Shown one piece after another: positions 40,791-52,036 of a DNA stretch of 64,000 bases. Every line of letters begins with the position of its first letter. The first letter of the stretch is position 1. Location: contig JAZSKX010000017.1 in the NCBI GenBank assembly GCA_045535075.1, positions 128,001-192,000 on the forward strand. Direction: 5' to 3'. The position numbers and the translations under genes are program-made. Origin of the DNA: Candidatus Spyradenecus sp. GTDB taxonomy: Bacteria > Verrucomicrobiota > Verrucomicrobiia > Opitutales > UBA953. The notes beneath the pieces are model-generated. The model ran no database searches. It saw only the letters and a list, made by a program, of their open reading frames with translations, and was not told where the DNA came from.

Positions 40791-42136
40791 TGGATTTTAA
40801 CTGGCAGGAAAAATCGAAGGATCTCCATTCCGAGCTGAGACAAATTTTTCAGTCGTTTCCTTTCGAGTCGGAGATTCAAACCGGAAAAATACCGCTTGCC
40901 GTTGCCTGCTCCGGCGGCGCAGATTCGCTTGCTGTCCTGCTTTTGACTTGGGCAAATTTTCCCGAAGCCCGGGAACACATTTGCGTTTTTCATTTTGACC
41001 ATGCCGTGCGGGCGGAAAGCGCGGCAGATGCGGCATTTGTCCGTGAAGTTTGCGCAAGCCTCGGAGTCGAATTTGTCTGCGAAAGGCGCGTTCCCGCAGA
41101 AAGCAATGACCTAGATTCGGAAGCGGACTTGCGCCGTGCGCGCTTGGATTTTTTCGCCCGCGAAATGCGTTCCCGTGAAATCAGAATTCTCGTTCAGGGA
41201 CATCATTACGACGATGTTGCGGAAACGCTTTTGATGCGCCTCACGCGCGGCGCGGGAACGGACGGACTCGCTGCTCCGCGAAAAATTTCCCGCCAAGCGG
41301 ACGGACGCCTTTTCGTCCGCCCGCTTTTGGATATTCCGAAAAAAAAAATCCTCGATGCTCTACGCCGTTACGAAATTCCGTGGCGCGAAGACTCGACCAA
41401 CGCGGGAACGGATTATTTTCGCAATCGCATCCGCAACCGCGTTTTGCCGGAACTGCGTGCCGCCGTGCCTTTTGAAAATATCGCGCGTTCCCGCATGCTC
41501 ATGGAGGAAGATGCTGACGCTCTGGACTTTTTCGCCAATAATTTTTTTGAAAAAGCAGCGGAGAATTTTTCCTTCGAAAATTTACCGAAAGCCATTGTTC
41601 GACGCGTTGTCAGAAAGATTTTTTCCAAAGAAAAAATCGAAACCGACGGCGCGTCGGCAGTCGATGCGCTCGTCGAAGCGCTTTTCACGGGAACGGCGCT
41701 AAAAATTCAAATCGACGAAAGAAAAATCATCTGCGATAAAAAGCGGCTAACCCTTGTTTCTCCGGAAAAACTTCCCGAAAAGCCGGTCTTTAAAATCGAA
41801 AAAATTGAAGTAACGGAAGCGCTTTTTAAACAAATAAAAGCCGGAAAATTTTCGCCGAAAAAAACAGTTTTTCTTGCGGGAACGCCGAAAATTTTTGTGA
41901 GAGAACTTTTGCCCGGAGAAAAATTTTGTCCGCTCGGCGCGCCCGGAGAAAAATCCGTTCGTCGTATTTTTATCGATAAAAAAATTCCTCAGGAACAACG
42001 AAAAAATCTTCCCGTCTTTGCCGACGGCACGGGAATTGCATGGATTCCGGGGTTGCCGCCGGCGGAACGCTTTCGAATCCGCTCGGCGGGAACGACGGCT
42101 CTGCGATTGACTTACCGCAACGCTTCTTTAGTTTAG
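40790..42136 (+). CDS. tilS: tRNA(Ile)-lysidine synthetase
   Basis: ACSGGADS, GHHYDDVAET, VRPLL, EDSTN, RNRIR; ATG overlaps the lpxB stop. Confidence 0.95.
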   Translation: MDFNWQEKSKDLHSELRQIFQSFPFESEIQTGKIPLAVACSGGADSLAVLLLTWANFPEAREHICVFHFDHAVRAESAADAAFVREVCASLGVEFVCERRVPAESNDLDSEADLRRARLDFFAREMRSREIRILVQGHHYDDVAETLLMRLTRGAGTDGLAAPRKISRQADGRLFVRPLLDIPKKKILDALRRYEIPWREDSTNAGTDYFRNRIRNRVLPELRAAVPFENIARSRMLMEEDADALDFFANNFFEKAAENFSFENLPKAIVRRVVRKIFSKEKIETDGASAVDALVEALFTGTALKIQIDERKIICDKKRLTLVSPEKLPEKPVFKIEKIEVTEALFKQIKAGKFSPKKTVFLAGTPKIFVRELLPGEKFCPLGAPGEKSVRRIFIDKKIPQEQRKNLPVFADGTGIAWIPGLPPAERFRIRSAGTTALRLTYRNASLV

Positions 42137-42153
42137 AACGAATACATTTTTTC

Positions 42154-44184
42154 ATGGACAATAAGGATAAAAACAAGGAAAAGGAAAATACTTCCCGCGT
42201 CGATTTTCGCGTCTTTTTAATGTGGCTCGCCATTATCGGCGTCGTTGTTTTTCTGCTGATGCGTACTCCGGAAGGAGAAAAAAATTCGGCAATGGAACTG
42301 CCCGTGCGCGAACTCGTCGATTACGCCTCAAAAGGCGAAGTTCAGAGCGTAGAACTCAAGGAAGATTCACTTGCGGGCGAACGCTATTACAAAATCAGCG
42401 GTGAACTGAAAGTCGGCGAAAAACTAAAAAGATTTAACGCTGCAGGACGCCTTTCCGAAGACGAATTCTCCACGCTCCGCGCGAAAGTGCCGACCTTTAA
42501 GGAACCGCCGTCGGAAACGTTCTTTTCTGCGATTTTAATGAGCGCAATTCCGACTTTGCTCATTTTCGGACTTATCGCATTTTTTATTTTCCGGACCATT
42601 AAACGCAATCAGGCAAACCAAATGGCATTTGTGCGTTCCCGCGCGCGCCTGATGGATAAGGAAAAATCCAAAGTAACGTTCGCCGACGTCGCCGGTTGTG
42701 ACGAATCCAAGGAAGAAGTCTCCGAGGTCGTTGATTTTCTCCGCGATGCTAAAAAATTCAATGCCATCGGCGGACGCGTCCCGAAAGGCGTGCTCCTTGT
42801 CGGGCCTCCCGGCACCGGAAAAACGCTGCTCGCACGTGCCGTCGCCGGCGAAGCCAATGTTCCTTTCTTTTCCATTTCCGGTTCCGACTTTGTCGAACTT
42901 TTCGTCGGTGTCGGCGCTTCCCGAGTTCGCGATACATTCGAACAAGCTAGAAAAAATGCGCCATGTATTGTCTTTATCGACGAAATTGACGCTGTCGGAC
43001 GCCAGCGCGGAAGCGGTCTCGGCGGCGGGAACGACGAACGCGAGCAAACCTTGAATTCGCTCCTCGTCGAAATGGACGGCTTTGAACCGCAAGACAGCAT
43101 CATTGTCATTGCCGCGACGAATCGTCCGGACGTGCTCGACTCCGCCCTGCTCCGCCCGGGACGTTTCGACCGTCAGGTTTATGTCGATCTTCCCGACATC
43201 AAGGGGCGTACGGAAATTCTCAAAGTTCACGCCAAGAAATTTAAAATCGACGAATCCGTTAAACTCGAAGAAGTTGCCAAAGCAACGACCGGTTTCGCGG
43301 GAGCGGATTTGGCAAATTTGCTCAATGAAGCCGCACTCGTCGCTGTGCGTTCCCGTAAGGAAAAAATCGATATGATTTCCATCAGCGAAGCGCGCGATAA
43401 AATTTCCTACGGACGGGAACGCCACCGCGTCATGGATGAAAAAGATCGGTCGAAAACCGCCTATCACGAAGCCGGACACGCGCTTGTGCAAGTACTTATC
43501 GACGACGGTTTGATGCCGCTTCATAAAGTTACGATTGTTCCGCGCGGCGGTGCGCTCGGCATGGCGATGTTTATGCCGGAAAAAGACGTTCTCGGCTACG
43601 AACGCTCGCAACTGAAAAATATGATTTGCACCGCAATGGCGGGAAGAATCGGTGAAAAAGTTTATTCCGGCGAAATTTCCAACGGCGCTTCCAGTGACAT
43701 TAAAAACGCCACCAGCATGGCGCGCCGCATGGTTTGCGAATGGGGTATGAGCGACAAACTCGGGCCGATTGCTTACGGCGAAAATCAGCAAAATCTTTTC
43801 CTCGGACGCGAAATTGCACGCACGCAAAGCATCAGCGAAGAAACGCTCCGCGCCATTGATACGGAAATCCAGTCTATCGTTTCCGAACAATACGCCCGAG
43901 CCGAAAAACTGATTTCCGACCATGCCGATGCACATAAGAAAATCGCCGAAGCGCTTTTGGAATACGAAACGCTCGACGGCGTTCATGTAAAAGAAATCGT
44001 CGAATTCGGCGAAATCCGTACGGAAGTCGGCTATGTTTCGCTTGCTAAAAAAGCGGAAGAACGCAAGGCAGCGGAAGCTAAAGCCGCCGAAGAAAAAGCG
44101 GCGGAAGAAGCAAGAGCTAAAACCGAAAGCGAACTTAAAAACTCAAAAGCCGAAAAACCGAAAAACGGTGTCGGCGAACGATAA
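42154..44184 (+). CDS. ftsH: ATP-dependent zinc metalloprotease FtsH
   Basis: 2 [28 protein letters not shown]. Confidence 0.97.
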   Translation: MDNKDKNKEKENTSRVDFRVFLMWLAIIGVVVFLLMRTPEGEKNSAMELPVRELVDYASKGEVQSVELKEDSLAGERYYKISGELKVGEKLKRFNAAGRLSEDEFSTLRAKVPTFKEPPSETFFSAILMSAIPTLLIFGLIAFFIFRTIKRNQANQMAFVRSRARLMDKEKSKVTFADVAGCDESKEEVSEVVDFLRDAKKFNAIGGRVPKGVLLVGPPGTGKTLLARAVAGEANVPFFSISGSDFVELFVGVGASRVRDTFEQARKNAPCIVFIDEIDAVGRQRGSGLGGGNDEREQTLNSLLVEMDGFEPQDSIIVIAATNRPDVLDSALLRPGRFDRQVYVDLPDIKGRTEILKVHAKKFKIDESVKLEEVAKATTGFAGADLANLLNEAALVAVRSRKEKIDMISISEARDKISYGRERHRVMDEKDRSKTAYHEAGHALVQVLIDDGLMPLHKVTIVPRGGALGMAMFMPEKDVLGYERSQLKNMICTAMAGRIGEKVYSGEISNGASSDIKNATSMARRMVCEWGMSDKLGPIAYGENQQNLFLGREIARTQSISEETLRAIDTEIQSIVSEQYARAEKLISDHADAHKKIAEALLEYETLDGVHVKEIVEFGEIRTEVGYVSLAKKAEERKAAEAKAAEEKAAEEARAKTESELKNSKAEKPKNGVGER

Positions 44185-44199
44185 TTCTTCCGCTCAAAT

Positions 44200-44242
44200 A
44201 AAAAACAGTTCCCGTAGCGTAATACCACGGGAACTGTTTTTT
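44200..44242. terminator. Bidirectional terminator (ftsH/hisH) built from an inverted CGGGAAC pair
   Basis: AAAAAACAGTTCCCGT...ACGGGAACTGTTTTTT. Confidence 0.88.
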
Positions 44243-44259
44243 TTTTAGACTTTAACTAT

Positions 44260-44886
44260 TTAAAAAGAATTCAAAAAATTTCGATAAAGCGTAATGCCTT
44301 TGGATTGGCTTTTTTCCGGGTGAAATTGAACTGCAAAAACGTTCCCGCGGCGGATGCCGCTGACGAATTTCAATCCGTAATCCGAAGTCGACCAAATAAT
44401 CGAAGTTTCGGGAGTATCGACATAATAACTGTGAACAAAGTAAAAAGATTCTCCCCCAATTTTTAAATCTTTTGAAAGTGTTCCCGCATTATTTTCGTTG
44501 AGCGAAATCGTATTCCAGCCCATATGAGGAACCTTTAAAGCTGAATTTTCCGGAAAACGCTTCACGTTCCCGCGAAAAATACCGAGCCCCTCAGTATTTC
44601 CTTCTTCGGAATGTTCAAATAAAAGCTGTAAGCCAAGGCAAATTCCCATAAAGGGCTTATCTTCCGTAATCCAATTTTTAATAAATTCGTCAAATCCGGT
44701 CTGTTTGAGCTGACGCATTGCATCAACAATCGCACCCTGACCCGGAAAAACAAGCGCGGAAACAGCCTTCACGGCAGCGGGAGAGTCGGCGAGAACAACT
44801 TCCGCTCCCGCCGCCTCCAAAGCGCGTTGAACGCTTCTTAAGTTTCCCATTCCGTAATCAATAAGAGCAACTCTCTTGGGATCCAT
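44260..44886 (-). CDS. hisH: Imidazole glycerol phosphate synthase, glutaminase subunit
   Basis: DYGMGNL, GICLG, PHMGWN, YFVHSY, QFHPEKS. Confidence 0.96.
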   Translation of the reverse strand: MDPKRVALIDYGMGNLRSVQRALEAAGAEVVLADSPAAVKAVSALVFPGQGAIVDAMRQLKQTGFDEFIKNWITEDKPFMGICLGLQLLFEHSEEGNTEGLGIFRGNVKRFPENSALKVPHMGWNTISLNENNAGTLSKDLKIGGESFYFVHSYYVDTPETSIIWSTSDYGLKFVSGIRRGNVFAVQFHPEKSQSKGITLYRNFLNSF

Positions 44887-44902
44887 CGTAACTTAAGGGA
44901 AA

Positions 44903-45502
44903 TTAAATAACGCCTTTTGTGCTCGGAACCGTTCCCGCCGCACGCGGGTCAATTTCGCAGGCAATGCGCAACGCGCGGGAAACGCATTTAAAAATAGCCT
45001 CTGCAATATGATGCGGCTCTTCGCCGTATTCCAAACAAATATGCAAATTCGCTCCCAAAGTATTTGCAAACGCCAGGAAAAATTCACGAACAAGGCAGAT
45101 ATTAAAATCGCGAACCATCGGATTTTTCACGGGAACGTTATAGTGAAAATAAACGCGTCCGCTGAGATCAAGAGCGACACGTGAAAGCGATTCGTCCATG
45201 GGAAGAACGAAAAAACCGTAACGACGAATGCCGACTTTCTTTCCGAGAGCTTCCTTAAAGGCAGTGCCGAGCGCTATGCCGACGTCCTCGACCGTGTGGT
45301 GATAATCGACATCAATGTCTCCTTTCGCGGAAATCTTAAAATCAAAAAGTCCGTGACGAGAAAAAAGCGTCAACATATGATCAAAAAACGGAATTCCGGT
45401 TGAAATTTCCGATTTTCCAGAGCCGTCGAGATTGACGGAAAGACGAATCTGCGTTTCGGCAGTATTTCGTTCAATTTCGGCAATACGATTAATAGTTTCC
45501 AT
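44903..45502 (-). CDS. hisB: Imidazoleglycerol-phosphate dehydratase
   Basis: [29 protein letters not shown]. Confidence 0.96.
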   Translation of the reverse strand: METINRIAEIERNTAETQIRLSVNLDGSGKSEISTGIPFFDHMLTLFSRHGLFDFKISAKGDIDVDYHHTVEDVGIALGTAFKEALGKKVGIRRYGFFVLPMDESLSRVALDLSGRVYFHYNVPVKNPMVRDFNICLVREFFLAFANTLGANLHICLEYGEEPHHIAEAIFKCVSRALRIACEIDPRAAGTVPSTKGVI

Positions 45503-45519
45503 TTTAAGTATTTCTTATT

Positions 45520-46053
45520 TTATTGTTCAATAAATCCTATAAAAGGCAGTTCGCGATATTTTCCGGCATAATCAAGACCATATCCGACAATAAATTTATC
45601 CTCAACTTCAAATCCGCAATAATCAGGAGTGAGTTTAACTGTTCTCCGAGAAGGTTTGTCGAGTAAAGTACAGAGCTTGACGGATTCGGCTCCAAAGTTT
45701 TCAACCTGTTCACAGATTCTCTTTAAAGTATTTCCCGTATCAATAATATCATCGACAATCAAAACATGATTACCGTGAAAATCTTCAACGGAAAGCGTCC
45801 CGAAAACCTCCGGATTTCCGGAAGAAAAACAGGTTTCTCCGTAAGAAGAAACACGAATACATTCAAGATGAACCGAAATATTTTGCAAAGAACGAATTAA
45901 ATCAACGGCAAAAAAGATTCCGCCATTGGTAAGAACTAAGAGCGTAAGCGATTTACCCGCATAATCTTTCGAGATCTGATTTCCGAGTTCGGCAATTCTT
46001 TGACGAACGCGTTCCCGCGAAATCAGAGGAAAAATTTTCTTATCTTTGCTCAT
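45520..46053 (-). CDS. hpt: Hypoxanthine phosphoribosyltransferase
   Basis: VLIVDDIIDTG, LLDKP, FIVGYGLD, YRELP. Confidence 0.94.
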   Translation of the reverse strand: MSKDKKIFPLISRERVRQRIAELGNQISKDYAGKSLTLLVLTNGGIFFAVDLIRSLQNISVHLECIRVSSYGETCFSSGNPEVFGTLSVEDFHGNHVLIVDDIIDTGNTLKRICEQVENFGAESVKLCTLLDKPSRRTVKLTPDYCGFEVEDKFIVGYGLDYAGKYRELPFIGFIEQ

Positions 46054-47288
46054 TTTGCAATCCCCCAGCGTTCGGATAACGGATAAAGAATAAAACTTGC
46101 GCGCCCGACAGCATCATTTGCGGGAACGCAACCCCAACCGCGTGAGTCAAAACTGTTCCCGGAATTATCTCCAAGCGCATAATAAAAACCTTCGGGAACG
46201 GTAAATTTCTGATTCAGCGGCTTTGAATACGGATTTTTCCCGCCGGATTGCGGTAAATATCCGTAATATTTTTCGGAAAATACGCACTGATTATTCTTAT
46301 CAAAAGCATCTGAGCCTTCAATAATCTTTCCGTTTCTGTAAAGTTTATTATCAGCTATATAAAGCGTATCTTCCGGCTTTCCCGCAAGGCGTTTAATATA
46401 GTAAAGTTCGGCATTATTAAGCCCGGGAATATTATGCGTGCGAAAAACGAAAGGATCTCCGACTTCCGGTTCTTTGAAATGATAGACGAATCGGTTAACG
46501 ATAACCATGTCTCCGCTGAAAATTTTAAATTTCAGGAAGCTCTCACCGGCATTAACCCGAATTCCGGTACGCAGACAAGTCTCTCCGCGTAAATTTTTAA
46601 AAGCCTTTCCGGACTTTCCGGATTCGGAAATTGAATTTATCCATCGTTCCCGCAAAGATTTTGTCGTATCCTTCGCATATTCCGGAAAAAATCGTTCCAA
46701 AAATACGGAATCCATCGAAAAATCGCGCGGACAATTTATACGAACAGGAGTATTTCCTACATAAACTTCAAATAAATCTTCATTACCTGCTCTTCCGACT
46801 TTATTTACACAAACGGAAACTTCTCCGCTTACCGGAGCTTTAATTTCATAAAACGAAGCACCGTTAAAAATCCGCTCAATCCACTTTTCGATTTCGTTAA
46901 TTTCTCCCGAATAAACTTCAGAAGTCATCCCGTTGTAAGTCGGGAACATAGAATTTGTCGGAATTTTAAAAAGTTGAAAGAAAAAGCCTCGGATTCCTCC
47001 GGCAAGAATTGCCGCAACAACGATGAGTTCGACCCACTCCGGAATTGTTTTCTGCGGGAACACCGATCCGCCGAGTTTTTTTAATGTTTCGCTCAATTTT
47101 TCGGAAGCCGATTCAATCGCATCTTTGGTCGTCGCATGCTTCAATGCGTCAACCTCTGCGTGTAATTGCTCTTTTTCCGCCTCACTGAAAAGATCTCCCC
47201 GATAGTTTTCGACTTTTTTTGCCGCACCGAGGAGTAATTCCGCTTCTTTTCCCAAATGAGAAGATTTTTTCCAAAACAGGAAACTCAT
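46050..47288 (-). CDS. lepB: Signal peptidase I
   Basis: IPTNSMFPT, YIKRL, GDNSGNSFDSR.WG. Confidence 0.9.
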   Translation of the reverse strand: MSFLFWKKSSHLGKEAELLLGAAKKVENYRGDLFSEAEKEQLHAEVDALKHATTKDAIESASEKLSETLKKLGGSVFPQKTIPEWVELIVVAAILAGGIRGFFFQLFKIPTNSMFPTYNGMTSEVYSGEINEIEKWIERIFNGASFYEIKAPVSGEVSVCVNKVGRAGNEDLFEVYVGNTPVRINCPRDFSMDSVFLERFFPEYAKDTTKSLRERWINSISESGKSGKAFKNLRGETCLRTGIRVNAGESFLKFKIFSGDMVIVNRFVYHFKEPEVGDPFVFRTHNIPGLNNAELYYIKRLAGKPEDTLYIADNKLYRNGKIIEGSDAFDKNNQCVFSEKYYGYLPQSGGKNPYSKPLNQKFTVPEGFYYALGDNSGNSFDSRGWGCVPANDAVGRASFILYPLSERWGIAK

Positions 47289-47311
47289 AATTTTAAAAGT
47301 TTAAAAAAAAT

Positions 47312-47349
47312 AAAAAGCGTTCCCGCAGTTTAACGGGAACGCCTTTTTT
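47312..47349 (-). terminator. Hairpin after dnaN built from an inverted CGGGAAC pair
   Basis: AAAAAGCGTTCCCG-CAGTTTAA-CGGGAACGCCTTTT. Confidence 0.8.
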
Positions 47350-47359
47350 TGAAAAACAT

Positions 47360-48484
47360 TTATTTTCGCTGCGGCATTACCACGCAGAGGAAGGATTCGT
47401 CCTTCGTTTTGAAAACGCCCGGGCTTAAGTCATCTTTGAATTCAAAAACAACGGAATCCTGTGTGAGAGCCTTCAGCGGATCAGTGATAAATTGCGGATT
47501 AAAGGCAATGCGCGCTTCGGGACCTTCGTAGCGAACGGCAAGCTTGTCGCTCGCTTCACCGTATTCCGTAGAGCTTGCCGTAATTTCGATTTGATTTGCC
47601 GAAATATTAAGAACAACGGAGCTGTTTTTATCGGTAGTTACCTTAGCAGCCTGAAGCACGGCGCTGAGAAGATCTTCACGTTCCACTTCAATACGGTTTC
47701 CGGAATCTTTCGGAATAACACCTTTGTATTGCGGATAATTGCCTTCAACAATCTTAGAAACAATACGAATTTTATCCATCAGACCGCCGTTATTTTCGTT
47801 CACGTCGATTTCAAAGACAACCTGACGTTCACTGAGCGCGAAACGGATTTTTCCGGAGCTTCCGAGTTGTTTTTGAAGTTCGGAAATCGTTTTAGCGGGA
47901 AGGATAAATTGCGTCGGATTTTCCACCGAAACGGACATTCTTCTTTCGCAAGTCGCTAAACGACGCCCGTCCGTTGCAACCAGAGCAACTTTGTCTTCGT
48001 TGAAACTGAAAAGCACGCCGTTGAGGACATAGCGATTTTCGTCTGTCGATTGCGCGTAGGAGACGGATTTAATCATCGTCGACAAATCCCCCTGCTCAAT
48101 TTCGAATGCAAACTCATCACCGACGGGCGGTTCCGGCGGGAAATCCACCGAAGGAATTCCGATCGGGTTAAATTTGGAGCTCCCGGAAGTAATTTTTACC
48201 CGGCTTTCGCTTTGCATTTCGACAAAGACATCGCTGCTTTTGAATCCGCTGACGATATCTTTGAGCCATTTCGCCGGAAGCGTAATCTTTCCCGCGTCCA
48301 TCACTTCCGCCTTAATCTTGCAGGAAATGCGAAGATCAAGGTTCGTCGTCGTCAGGCGGATCGAATCGTTTTCCGCTTCAATAAGGACGTTGACGAGAAC
48401 CGGGAGGCTAAGACGATTGTTAACTACACTGACAACCTGCCCCAAACCGGCGGCAAAATGATCGCGATTGATTTTAAATTTCAT
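47360..48484 (-). CDS. dnaN: DNA polymerase III beta sliding clamp
   Basis: RYVLNG, VATDGRRL, GNYPQY, IAFNP, VVMP. Confidence 0.96.
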   Translation of the reverse strand: MKFKINRDHFAAGLGQVVSVVNNRLSLPVLVNVLIEAENDSIRLTTTNLDLRISCKIKAEVMDAGKITLPAKWLKDIVSGFKSSDVFVEMQSESRVKITSGSSKFNPIGIPSVDFPPEPPVGDEFAFEIEQGDLSTMIKSVSYAQSTDENRYVLNGVLFSFNEDKVALVATDGRRLATCERRMSVSVENPTQFILPAKTISELQKQLGSSGKIRFALSERQVVFEIDVNENNGGLMDKIRIVSKIVEGNYPQYKGVIPKDSGNRIEVEREDLLSAVLQAAKVTTDKNSSVVLNISANQIEITASSTEYGEASDKLAVRYEGPEARIAFNPQFITDPLKALTQDSVVFEFKDDLSPGVFKTKDESFLCVVMPQRK

Positions 48485-48538
48485 GGAACTAAAGCTTGTT
48501 TCTTTTAAACTTCGTTTGCAAGTTTTCTTCTCCGAAAT

Positions 48539-48754
48539 TTATTCACGTCGATAATCGTTTCTTTGTTTTTCGTTTATAAATTTTTTTACAATTAATATAG
48601 GCTGTGAATTGGGTGAATAAGTTTTTAAATCCGTTTATTTATGCGCTTTCCACGCCGATTAAAAATTTGAATAAGTCTGTAAGGAAAATGTTCGGAGTCT
48701 GTTGATAAAGATGTTCACCGACTTATTTCTTATTTATTCACAGAATTATTAACA
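48539..48754. other. Candidate replication origin (DnaA-box cluster plus AT-rich tract)
   Basis: TTATTCACA at 48734 plus five 1-mismatch variants in both orientations. Confidence 0.65.
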
Positions 48755-48835
48755 GGGATTTTTCGGAAAACACCTTTTAAAGTACGGAAATAATTTCTTG
48801 GCGTTCCCGTGAAAATTGCTTCATGCTGATTTGCT

Positions 48836-50629
48836 ATGGAAATTTGGTTTAACCCGGCTCAATCACTTGAAGCAATTCTAAAGAAAATTGCGGGAACGCA
48901 GGAAGGCTTTTCCGAAGAATTTTCTCCGGATGTCCGTGCCGCCGATCCGCGATTCGGCGATTTTCAGGCAAACGGCGTTTTGGCGGAAGCTAAGCGTGCA
49001 AAAAAGAACCCGCGGGAACTCGCGCAGCAATTTGTCGAAGCTTTGGAAAAATCCGGCGAATTGGACGCTGAATTGGTTTCGATGAGTATTGCCGGGCCGG
49101 GATTTATTAATTTTAAATTTTCGCCGAAATTCTTCGGACATTGGATTGCGAAGTATCGCGATGCCGAAAATCTCGAAAAATCCTCGGGAACGCTTTATGC
49201 CGGTAAAAAGGTCGTCATTGATTACCCATCGCCGAATACCGCCAAGCAAATGCACGTCGGTCATTTGCGCATCCTCGTCATCGGCGAGGCGATTGCGCGT
49301 TTGCTCCGATTCTGCGGTGCAAACTTGGTGCGCGACAATCATATCGGCGATTGGGGAACGAATTTCGGGATTCTGATTTTTGAAATTAAACGCACGGGCT
49401 ACACGTTCCCGCAGGACGATAGCGTGGCGCTTGCCGAACTGGAAGAGCTTTACAAGGCGGGAACGGCCTATGTAAAAGACGAAGAAGCGCATCCCGGAGC
49501 ATTTGACGAGGCGCGTTTAGAACTTGTCAAACTTCAACAGGGCGACCCGGAAAACCTCGCACTTTGGGAACGTATCGTTAAAGTTTCCAACGCCGCTTGC
49601 GAAAAAATCTATGCGATGTTCGGCGTACATCCGGATGTTACACTCGGGGAATCTTTTTATCGTGATAAAGTTGAGCGTATTTATAAAGAACTTTCCGAAT
49701 GCGGAATTGCTGAGGAAGACGAAGGCGCACTTATCGTGTGGAATGATTCCGATCCGCGCTACGCCCGCACAAACGAAAATGCTGCTCCGTTTATTGTACG
49801 CAAAAAAGACGGTGGCTCCAATTACGCTTCGACAGACCTTGCAACCTTGCTCTATCGCGTTGAACACTTCAATGCCGATGAAGTCGTTTATGTAACCGAC
49901 GACCGCCAACAGGATCATTTTCGCATGCTGTTTTTGACGGCAAAGCGTTGGTTTGAGCAAAAAAATTATCCGTTCCCGTCGCTCCGCCACGTGATGTTCG
50001 GAAAAATTCTCGGCGAAAACGGTAAGCCGATTAAGACGAAGGAAGGCGGTTCCATTAAATTGAAATCTTTGGTGGATGAAGCCACGGAACGCGCATTTAC
50101 GATTGTTACCGAAAAAAATCCGGATTTGCCCGAAGAAGAAAGAAAACAGATTGCGGGAACGATCGGCATTGCAGCGATTCGCTATGCGGATTTGCTTCAA
50201 AACCGCACGATCAATTATATGTTTTCTTGGAATCGCCTTTTGGCTTTTGAAGGCAATACGGCTCCGTATTTGCTTTACGCGGCGGCTCGCATCCAATCCA
50301 TTTTCCGCAAGGCGGGAACGAGCTTTGAAGCTATCGCCGAGAACAACGAAATTTTCTTCCCGAAAACCGAAGGAGAACTTGCTCTTGTTCGCAAACTTAT
50401 GGGTTTTTCCACTGCGGTTCAAACGGCGTGCTCGGAACTCAAGCCGCACTACATCTGCACTTACCTCTTCGAGCTTGCGGGAACGTTTTCTTCCTTCTAC
50501 GCCGCAGACAAAGTTATGGACGACGATGCAGACACGCGCAACTTACGCCTTAGACTCTGCGCAAACACGTATATGATTTTGAAAACCGGTTTGCACTTGC
50601 TCGGAATCGAGACGCTCAACCGTATGTAA
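48836..50629 (+). CDS. argS: Arginine--tRNA ligase
   Basis: [37 protein letters not shown]-terminal RM. Confidence 0.97.
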   Translation: MEIWFNPAQSLEAILKKIAGTQEGFSEEFSPDVRAADPRFGDFQANGVLAEAKRAKKNPRELAQQFVEALEKSGELDAELVSMSIAGPGFINFKFSPKFFGHWIAKYRDAENLEKSSGTLYAGKKVVIDYPSPNTAKQMHVGHLRILVIGEAIARLLRFCGANLVRDNHIGDWGTNFGILIFEIKRTGYTFPQDDSVALAELEELYKAGTAYVKDEEAHPGAFDEARLELVKLQQGDPENLALWERIVKVSNAACEKIYAMFGVHPDVTLGESFYRDKVERIYKELSECGIAEEDEGALIVWNDSDPRYARTNENAAPFIVRKKDGGSNYASTDLATLLYRVEHFNADEVVYVTDDRQQDHFRMLFLTAKRWFEQKNYPFPSLRHVMFGKILGENGKPIKTKEGGSIKLKSLVDEATERAFTIVTEKNPDLPEEERKQIAGTIGIAAIRYADLLQNRTINYMFSWNRLLAFEGNTAPYLLYAAARIQSIFRKAGTSFEAIAENNEIFFPKTEGELALVRKLMGFSTAVQTACSELKPHYICTYLFELAGTFSSFYAADKVMDDDADTRNLRLRLCANTYMILKTGLHLLGIETLNRM

Positions 50630-50642
50630 GGAGAAATTACAC

Positions 50643-51491
50643 ATGGAACAGAAAAAAGATCCTGAGTGGAAAATTGCAAAGGAATTTTCGGAAATTATTT
50701 ACGAAAAATGCGATGAAGGCATTGCTCGCGTGACGATTAATCGTCCGCACCGGCGCAACGCATTCACGCCGGAAACGGTCAGTGAAATGTACGAGGCATT
50801 TTTAGATGCGCGGGAAGACGTTAAAATCGGCGTCGTTTTACTTCGCGGAATGAATCCTCAAACCGACGGAAAGTTTGCTTTTTGTTCCGGAGGAGATCAA
50901 AAACTCCGCGGAGATAAGACCGGCGGTTACACGTCCAAAAGCGGTGTTCCGCGTCTGAATGTTTTGGATCTCCAGCGCTTGATTCGTACGATGCCGAAAG
51001 TCGTTATCGCACTTGTTGCCGGCTACGCAGTCGGCGGCGGGCACGTACTTCACGTTGTTTGCGATTTGACGATTGCCGCGGACAACGCGATTTTCGGGCA
51101 AACGGGGCCGAAGGTCGGCAGTTTCGACGGAGGTTTCGGCAGTTCTTATTTGGCGCGTCTTGTCGGGCAGAAAAAAGCGCGTGAGATCTGGTATCTCTGC
51201 CGCCAATACAACGCGAAAGAAGCGCTCGAAATGGGCTTGGTAAATACGGTTGTTCCCTACGATCAACTCGACGCGGAAGGTGTTCAGTGGGCACGGGAAA
51301 TCCTGACAAAATCGCCGATTGCCATTCGCTGCTTGAAGTCTGCATTTAACGCAGAGCTTGACGGGCAAGCCGGAATTCAAGAGTTGGCGGGAAATTCCAC
51401 CCTGCTCTATTATCTGACCGACGAAGGCAACGAAGGCAGAAAAGCCTTCCTCGAAAAGCGTTCGCCCGAATTCGGCGATTGGCTTCCGTAA
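50643..51491 (+). CDS. menB: 1,4-dihydroxy-2-naphthoyl-CoA synthase
   Basis: [32 protein letters not shown]. Confidence 0.96.
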   Translation: MEQKKDPEWKIAKEFSEIIYEKCDEGIARVTINRPHRRNAFTPETVSEMYEAFLDAREDVKIGVVLLRGMNPQTDGKFAFCSGGDQKLRGDKTGGYTSKSGVPRLNVLDLQRLIRTMPKVVIALVAGYAVGGGHVLHVVCDLTIAADNAIFGQTGPKVGSFDGGFGSSYLARLVGQKKAREIWYLCRQYNAKEALEMGLVNTVVPYDQLDAEGVQWAREILTKSPIAIRCLKSAFNAELDGQAGIQELAGNSTLLYYLTDEGNEGRKAFLEKRSPEFGDWLP

Positions 51492-51711
51492 CTGAAGGAA
51501 ACTCTGTAAACAGAGCTTTTGCTTACAGAGGAGAGGTATTTTCGGAAAAAGAATTTCAAAAGCCTTTTTGCCGTAAGCCAAACGCATTTGGCTCTAAGCT
51601 CTCGTTTATCCTCCATTACCGGAATCTCTAAAATTTTAACTTTAGAAATTCTCTTAATAAAAAAAAGGCATCGTTCCCGGTTGAGAACGATGCCTCGGAA
51701 AGACTTTAGGC

Positions 51712-51900
51712 TTATTTCATCAGCAACATGTTACGTGCGCGTTTGATAGCTTTTGTAACATGGCGCTGTTGCTTCGCGGTCAGTCCCGTAATACGGCGCG
51801 GCAAGATTTTGCCGGTTTCCGTGACATAACGGGAAAGGACTTCCACATCGGTGAAGTCAAAGTCTAACGGTGTTTTTGAATGTTGCTGTGATTCTGCCAT
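51712..51900 (-). CDS. rpsR: 30S ribosomal protein S18
   Basis: [25 protein letters not shown]. Confidence 0.95.
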   Translation of the reverse strand: MAESQQHSKTPLDFDFTDVEVLSRYVTETGKILPRRITGLTAKQQRHVTKAIKRARNMLLMK

Positions 51901-52036
51901 AATCGAACCCCCATTAACTCAAAATTCAGTTCCCGCCGCAAGTTTTATTTTTTAGGAGAATGAAAACTCAAATCCCGGAATTTCTAAAATTATCTTGATT
52001 CTTGCGGGAACGAATTTCCGATTTTTTAATCTCTTT

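Noticed and set aside
45500..47300. AT-rich hpt-lepB block as horizontally acquired DNA
   Set aside because: Housekeeping genes in an operon that carry the host motif
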